Positions 59,024 through 64,000 of a stretch of 64,000 nucleotides of DNA are shown here, piece by piece. The stretch comes from an uncultured Chloroflexia bacterium (lineage in GTDB: Bacteria > Chloroflexota > Anaerolineae > JAAYZQ01), in contig CAVOXA010000001.1 of NCBI GenBank assembly GCA_963700285.1, forward strand, positions 608,001 to 672,000. The letters are read 5' to 3'. Each line of letters starts with the position of its first letter. Position 1 is the first letter of the stretch. The translations under genes and the position numbers were made by a program. Below the pieces are notes generated by a model. The model did no database searches, had not been told where the DNA came from, and was given only the letters and a program-made list of their open reading frames with translations.

Positions 59024-59527
59024 TTACTCCAGAATCCCCGCGACGGCAGCCGTCATCGTAGCCGCGATCAGCTCGCTCGCATCAGAGACGTCGTCGCCGG
59101 ATACCAGGGCCATCTCGGCCGCCAGCATTCCCTGTCCTTGTTTGAGGAGATCTGAGTCCCTCTTTGTGAGGTGGGCGCGGTCTCGGTGCCAGGTCAGATC
59201 GCGCACTACCTTGGCTACCTGCATCACCTTGCCCGTGCTCAGTTTCTCTCCTACTTGCTCCTGGCGCTCCTTAAAGTCGTCGGGCAATCGGCGGGGTTTG
59301 CTCCGCAGCGTGTTCAGTACCTGGGGGAGCCTGGATGGAAGCATGGCAGGCCTCAGCCCCAGTTCATCGACTCTGTGGACCGGGATCTGAAGGATCAGGG
59401 CCTGGTCCGGTATGTCGATCACATAGTAGCGCTTGATCCCATCCAGTAGTTCTTTGCGCTCAATGCTTGCCACCCGCCCCGGTCCATGGTGCGGATGTAC
59501 CACCCTATCACCTACCGAGTACTTCAT
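59024..59527 (-). CDS. carD: CarD family transcription factor
   Basis: YSVGDRVVHPHHGPG N-terminal domain followed by a helical C-terminus. Confidence 0.92.
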   Translation of the reverse strand: MKYSVGDRVVHPHHGPGRVASIERKELLDGIKRYYVIDIPDQALILQIPVHRVDELGLRPAMLPSRLPQVLNTLRSKPRRLPDDFKERQEQVGEKLSTGKVMQVAKVVRDLTWHRDRAHLTKRDSDLLKQGQGMLAAEMALVSGDDVSDASELIAATMTAAVAGILE

Positions 59528-59593
59528 GGCTTTCCCTCCTCTGGGCTCGTCCCAATATGCTCAACGCTCCGATCCCATGCCCGCTTTCGGGTC

Positions 59594-59809
59594 CTACTGA
59601 TATCTATTCAGGCGGCTCTCCATCTTTCCTTTGCGGTTTCGCTCTCGCCGTTTCGCTTTGCGCAGGGCGATGCGTCTCCGTTCACTGCTCGACATAAAGA
59701 AGCGCTTCTTCCTTACGTCGCTCATCACCCGTTCATTCTGGATCTTTTTTCCGAAACGTCTAAGCAGTTGTTCTTGCGACTCGTTCGTCCTCAATTCGAC
59801 GGTTGCCAA
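59594..59809 (-). CDS. rpsU: 30S ribosomal protein S21
   Basis: NES.EQLLRRF.KK...RFF...SERRR, basic tail. Confidence 0.88.
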   Translation of the reverse strand: MATVELRTNESQEQLLRRFGKKIQNERVMSDVRKKRFFMSSSERRRIALRKAKRRERNRKGKMESRLNRYQ

Positions 59810-59895
59810 TTGACTAGCCTCCAGCTATGAATGAACATCCGAACCCGCTCTCATAGATGCCAAAGACCGAGTTCCCGAATACCGAATCTACCAAT

Positions 59896-60909
59896 CTACA
59901 GCGACCGAAAGCTCACCAACTTTTGGTGCTGCTCATCCCACAGGTTCATGCGCAACGAGTCCAAGCTTTTCCAAAAGGTGAGTGGCTGGACCGCCTGCAT
60001 GGCCGGGATCTCGTCGTAGCACGGTTGCAGATGATAGTTGGGAATGCGCGGTCGAAGGTGGTGGATGTGGTGCAGACCGATGTTTCCTGTGAACCACTGC
60101 AGTACCCTGGGCAGTTTGTAGTAGGAGCTGCCCTCCAGAGCTGCCTTGGTGGCGTCCCATTTGCCGTCGCGGGCCCAATACACGCCTTCGTATTGGTGCT
60201 GAACGTAAAAGAGCCAGATGCCCAGGGCTCCCCCGATGAGTATGATGGGCAGTTGGATCAAGGCGTAGGTATCCAATCCGATGGTCAGGCTGGCCAGTAC
60301 GATGATGGCCAGAATCGCCAGGTCCGTGATCAGCACACTATTGCGCTCTCGCGGCTTGGCTCCCTTCTGGGGAAAACGTTGAGCAATCAGAAAAGAGGCC
60401 GCTGGCCCCACGCCAAACAGGATCACGGGGTTCCTGTACACGCGATAGGCGATCCGCGTTCGCCGGGGAGCTGTCCGGTACTCCTCGACCGTCATGGTCC
60501 ACACGTCGCCGACCCCGCGCCGGTCCAGATTGCCGGCTGTGGCATGGTGCAGGGCGTGGGCACGGCGCCAACTATGGTAGGGTGTGAAGGTCAGGACGCC
60601 GGTGACATAACCCAATGCCGTGTTGGCCTTTGACGAGGCGAAAAAGGAACCATGGCCGGCGTCGTGGAAAAAGATAAAGATGCGGGCCAGCAACGTAGAG
60701 GCCAGGACGGCCAGGGCCAGGGTGACCCAGTAGGGCGACCCAGATTCGGCGGTGTAGATCATGAGAATCCAGAGGCCGAAGTAGGGTACAAAGGTGTTCA
60801 CCAGTTGCCAGAGCGCCTTGCGGTGATTCGGCTTCGCGAACCGGATGATATCCTGATACCAGGCTGGCTTGGGTGCACGTGGCTTGGTAGCATTTGAGTC
60901 CTCGGTCAC
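59896..60909 (-). CDS. Membrane fatty acid desaturase
   Basis: His boxes HDAGH, HALHH and HHIHH; AGGAGG RBS before GTG. Confidence 0.95.
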   Translation of the reverse strand: MTEDSNATKPRAPKPAWYQDIIRFAKPNHRKALWQLVNTFVPYFGLWILMIYTAESGSPYWVTLALAVLASTLLARIFIFFHDAGHGSFFASSKANTALGYVTGVLTFTPYHSWRRAHALHHATAGNLDRRGVGDVWTMTVEEYRTAPRRTRIAYRVYRNPVILFGVGPAASFLIAQRFPQKGAKPRERNSVLITDLAILAIIVLASLTIGLDTYALIQLPIILIGGALGIWLFYVQHQYEGVYWARDGKWDATKAALEGSSYYKLPRVLQWFTGNIGLHHIHHLRPRIPNYHLQPCYDEIPAMQAVQPLTFWKSLDSLRMNLWDEQHQKLVSFRSL

Positions 60910-61056
60910 GTCGTACCTCCTGGAAATGGCGCCCAATTCTGACGATTGGGGTGGCTGGTAGTTGTCCTGGCTCGGCCCGCGTACCAGGATGAACCAAGAT
61001 ACTGTTTGGGCTGAGCATAGTCAGGGGGTACTGACCGCGTACCCCCTGACTCCCAC

Positions 61057-61926
61057 TTATGGTATATCGGAGAAGGCTGCCAGCGGTGCATAGGCCACCC
61101 CCACCATGCTCGGGCCCGTGTGGGCGCCCAGCACGAGAGACATCGAACCAGATGATAACCAAGTACAATCGAAACGCTGATCCACAAGATCTCGGAGCAT
61201 TTCTGCACCTTCGGGGTTCTGGGCGTGAAGCACCTGGACGCGCATGGCGCTGCCTTGCGCGTGCTGCTTGACCATGTGCTGGACTAGGCCCTCGACGGCG
61301 GCCTTAAAAGAACGCACTTGGCCAAGCTGCACGTAGGTTCCATTCACCTTCTCGACTCCGATCAAGGGTTTGAGGTTGAGCACCGAAGCGATCAATCCTT
61401 TCATGTGGCTGATACGCCCGCCGTGGATCAGATACTTGAGTTCCTTCAATGTATAGGCGCTGTCGCTGGCCGCGCCGATGCGCTCCATCAGTGCCAGAAT
61501 CTGCTCCATGCTCCAACCGGACTTTGCGGCCCGAGCAGCCGCTTCCACCTGCCAGCCGGACGCCGCGGACAAGGTCTTGGTATCGACGAGGGTAACGGTC
61601 GCGTCTGGTGCCAGTTGCGCTCCCGCTTGCGCCGAGTTGAACGTTCCGCTTAGCCCCGAAGTCATATGGATGGACAGGATATCCGGGTCGGCAGCCGCCA
61701 GGCGTTGGTAGACCTCGGCGAAATCCCCTGGTGATGGCTGCGAGGTGATAGGCAGGCTGTCGGTCGCTGCCAGCAAACTGTAGAACTCGTCCGGTTGGAT
61801 GTCCACGCCTTCACGATACGATTGGCCATCCAGAGTAACCACAAGGGGCACGGTGTGGATGCCCAAATTGGACTTGGTCTCCTGGGGTAAAATCAGGTCG
61901 ACGCCACTGTCGGTCACGATCTGCAT
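61057..61926 (-). CDS. DegV/FakB fatty-acid-binding protein
   Basis: IVTDS, TSQPS, LSGT, GGRI and HTGP motifs. Confidence 0.95.
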   Translation of the reverse strand: MQIVTDSGVDLILPQETKSNLGIHTVPLVVTLDGQSYREGVDIQPDEFYSLLAATDSLPITSQPSPGDFAEVYQRLAAADPDILSIHMTSGLSGTFNSAQAGAQLAPDATVTLVDTKTLSAASGWQVEAAARAAKSGWSMEQILALMERIGAASDSAYTLKELKYLIHGGRISHMKGLIASVLNLKPLIGVEKVNGTYVQLGQVRSFKAAVEGLVQHMVKQHAQGSAMRVQVLHAQNPEGAEMLRDLVDQRFDCTWLSSGSMSLVLGAHTGPSMVGVAYAPLAAFSDIP

Positions 61927-62001
61927 TATTGCGCTCCATGCCGAGCCCGCCAAGGGCTCGAAGTTCATGTTTCAAGATGCTGTGCGATAGCTGGTGTGCG
62001 G

Positions 62002-63657
62002 TCACACCTCTGTCAGCGCTACCGTCACCACCGGGTTGCGCTTGGTCTCCCGGTAGAAAAGGCTGGACAGAGCTCGCTCGACCTTTGCCTCCACTTGTGC
62101 TGGTGCGGTTCCCCGCTTGCCTGACGCGGCGGTGGAGACGATTTTTCCGGCCTGGGATAGTAGATCCTGCGCATCTGGGGTATAGACAAATCCACTCGTG
62201 ATGATGCGAGGCTGTCCCACTGTCTTCCCTGCTTGCCGATCGTAGAGGATTATGGCTGTCACAAATCCCCCCTGGGCCAACTCATCCCGTTGGCGCATTA
62301 CCGTCGGCCCTACCTCACCTACCCGCGAACCGTCCACAAAGACATAGTCGCCAGGAATCCGGTCTTCGATCTTTATTGTCTGCCCATCAAAGGTCAATGG
62401 GTAGCCGTTCTCGACGACGGCAATGTCCGTCTTGGCGATGCCTAGTTCATGGGCCAACTTGGCATGTGCTACCAGATGGCGAAGCTCGCCGTGGATGGGC
62501 ACAAAGAAACGCGGGCGCAGCATCTCGATTAGCTGCTTCAGATCTTCCCGACTGCCGTGGCCCGAGACATGCGCCTGGGCTTGGGGGCCATAGATCACGT
62601 CCGCACCCGCCTGAAAGAGCCGGTTGATGACGGCGTAGGTTGTCTCCTCATTGCCAGGGATGGTGTGCGAAGAGAGCAAAACCGTATCGCCTTCCTGGAT
62701 GCTCAGGGATCGGTGGGTATCGGTGGCCAGGCGGTTTAGGACCGCCAGGGGTTCTCCCTGGGAGCCTGTGGCCATGATTACGACCTGCTCGGGCGGCTGC
62801 CTGTCGATCTCGTCCAGGCCGATGAGCATGCCGGGCGGGATTCGAAGATAGCCCAGTTCGCGGGCCATTTGGGTATTCTCTACCATGCTCCGGCCGGCGA
62901 TGGCAATCTTGCGACCCTGCCGCTGCGCTACGTTTACCACCTGCTGGACGCGCGAAATCAGTGATGAGAAAGTGGCAATGATCACCCGGCCTGTCGCTTC
63001 CTGCATAATCTGACCCAAGGCACCATCCAGCGCCGCCTCGGAAGGTGTGGCCCCCGGCTGGTTGGCATTGGTGCTGTCTGAAAGCAGCGCCAGTACGCCG
63101 CGGCCACTGAACTCGGCCAGCTTGGCACTGTCGGTGGGCCAGCCATCTACCGGGGTGGGATCGAACTTGAAATCACCGCTGTGCACGATCAAGCCTGCCG
63201 GCGTCGTGATGCCCAGCCCGACAGAATCGGGAATGGAATGGCAGACGTGATAGGGCTCGATGGTAAAGGGCCCGATATTGACAATGTCGCCGGCGGCATA
63301 GGTATGGAGCTTGGTCTGCTCCAGTAGCCCTTCTCGCCGGAGCTTGATCTCGATCAAGCCGCGGGTCAGGCGGGTAGCGTATACCGGCACATCGAATTCC
63401 TGTAAGAAATGGGGTAGGGCACCGATGTGATCCAGGTGCCCGTGGGTGATGAGGACAGCGCGCAGGCGGTCCTTTCTTTCGCGCAGGTATTCCCAGTCGG
63501 GGATGATATAGTCAACACCCAACATATTGGCTTCCGGGAACATCATACCCGCGTCGATGACGATGATGTTGCGGCCATACTCAATACTTACCATGTTCTT
63601 GCCCACTTCTCCCAGGCCGCCGAGGGGCAAGATGCGTACTTCTTTACTCAGTTTCAT
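62002..63657 (-). CDS. rnj: Ribonuclease J
   Basis: GGLGEVGKN, THGHLDHIG, HSIPD, HVSGH and HGE motifs. Confidence 0.96.
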   Translation of the reverse strand: MKLSKEVRILPLGGLGEVGKNMVSIEYGRNIIVIDAGMMFPEANMLGVDYIIPDWEYLRERKDRLRAVLITHGHLDHIGALPHFLQEFDVPVYATRLTRGLIEIKLRREGLLEQTKLHTYAAGDIVNIGPFTIEPYHVCHSIPDSVGLGITTPAGLIVHSGDFKFDPTPVDGWPTDSAKLAEFSGRGVLALLSDSTNANQPGATPSEAALDGALGQIMQEATGRVIIATFSSLISRVQQVVNVAQRQGRKIAIAGRSMVENTQMARELGYLRIPPGMLIGLDEIDRQPPEQVVIMATGSQGEPLAVLNRLATDTHRSLSIQEGDTVLLSSHTIPGNEETTYAVINRLFQAGADVIYGPQAQAHVSGHGSREDLKQLIEMLRPRFFVPIHGELRHLVAHAKLAHELGIAKTDIAVVENGYPLTFDGQTIKIEDRIPGDYVFVDGSRVGEVGPTVMRQRDELAQGGFVTAIILYDRQAGKTVGQPRIITSGFVYTPDAQDLLSQAGKIVSTAASGKRGTAPAQVEAKVERALSSLFYRETKRNPVVTVALTEV

Positions 63658-63706
63658 TCTCCTAAATCGTTCGTTCTGTTGTTCTGTGAATCGGGTTCAC
63701 AGAGAA

Positions 63707-63737
63707 GCGCGGACCGGATGGAAGCCGGTCCGCGCTC
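63707..63737. terminator. GC-rich hairpin between the RRM gene and rnj
   Basis: AGCGCGGACCGG...CCGGTCCGCGCT. Confidence 0.55.
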
Positions 63738-63818
63738 CAGCGTGCTAGCTTGTGAGTTTCCCGCTAACCATAGATAGCGCTCCGTCTCGTTGTGGATCAA
63801 TACGAGCAGGTGCCATTC

Positions 63819-64000
63819 CTACCAACGAGGGCGACCCCGGTCACTCTGTCCCTGGTCGCGCTTTGGCTTGGCGTTGTCCACCTTGAGTTCTCTGCCGTCA
63901 ACCTGCTTGCCGTTCACGCTAGTCTTGGCCTCCTGGGCGGCTTCCTCAGTCGTCATCTCGACAAAGGCAAAGCCCCTGGATCGGCCTGAATAGCGATCGG
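63819..64000 (-). CDS. RRM RNA-binding protein, C-terminal part (starts outside the window)
   Basis: Manual translation DRYSGRSRGFAFVEM...VDGRELKVDNAKPK...RPRW*; RNP-1 motif RGFAFVEM. Confidence 0.92.
   Translation of the reverse strand, partial: DRYSGRSRGFAFVEMTTEEAAQEAKTSVNGKQVDGRELKVDNAKPKRDQGQSDRGRPRW

Overview
GC-rich bacterial chromosomal segment, most likely Chloroflexota/Anaerolineae (inferred from gene content, the C-terminal 'IYLP' motif and the palindromic intergenic repeats). It has five parts. (i) 1-15.3 kb accessory block: two GT4 glycosyltransferases, a small defence island (Type IIG R-M, a DpnII/MboI-like nuclease, a membrane protein), ogt, DUF4058 and a cobalamin-riboswitch-controlled ECF uptake operon. 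Many genes here carry single-base frameshifts that look like long-read indel errors. (ii) 15.5-42.5 kb housekeeping block: sppA-like, dnaA without dnaN, T-box-valS, secDF, ruvAC, yebC, ftsK, hisS, a HerA-like ATPase, and an ORF-less promoter-to-terminator unit after hisS. (iii) 42.6-50.4 kb IS hotspot. A leader region is duplicated; one copy holds an intact IS110 (probable bridge RNA) and the other holds a 158-bp palindromic mini-element at the identical nucleotide with shared terminal bases. IS630, IS3 and ISNCY-like remnants lie between them. (iv) rtcA, an epimerase and surface/membrane proteins. (v) A probable cold-adaptation operon (RRM, rnj, DegV, desaturase, rpsU, carD). No rRNA, tRNA or CRISPR array was seen. 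All calls come from reading motifs by eye; no searches were run.
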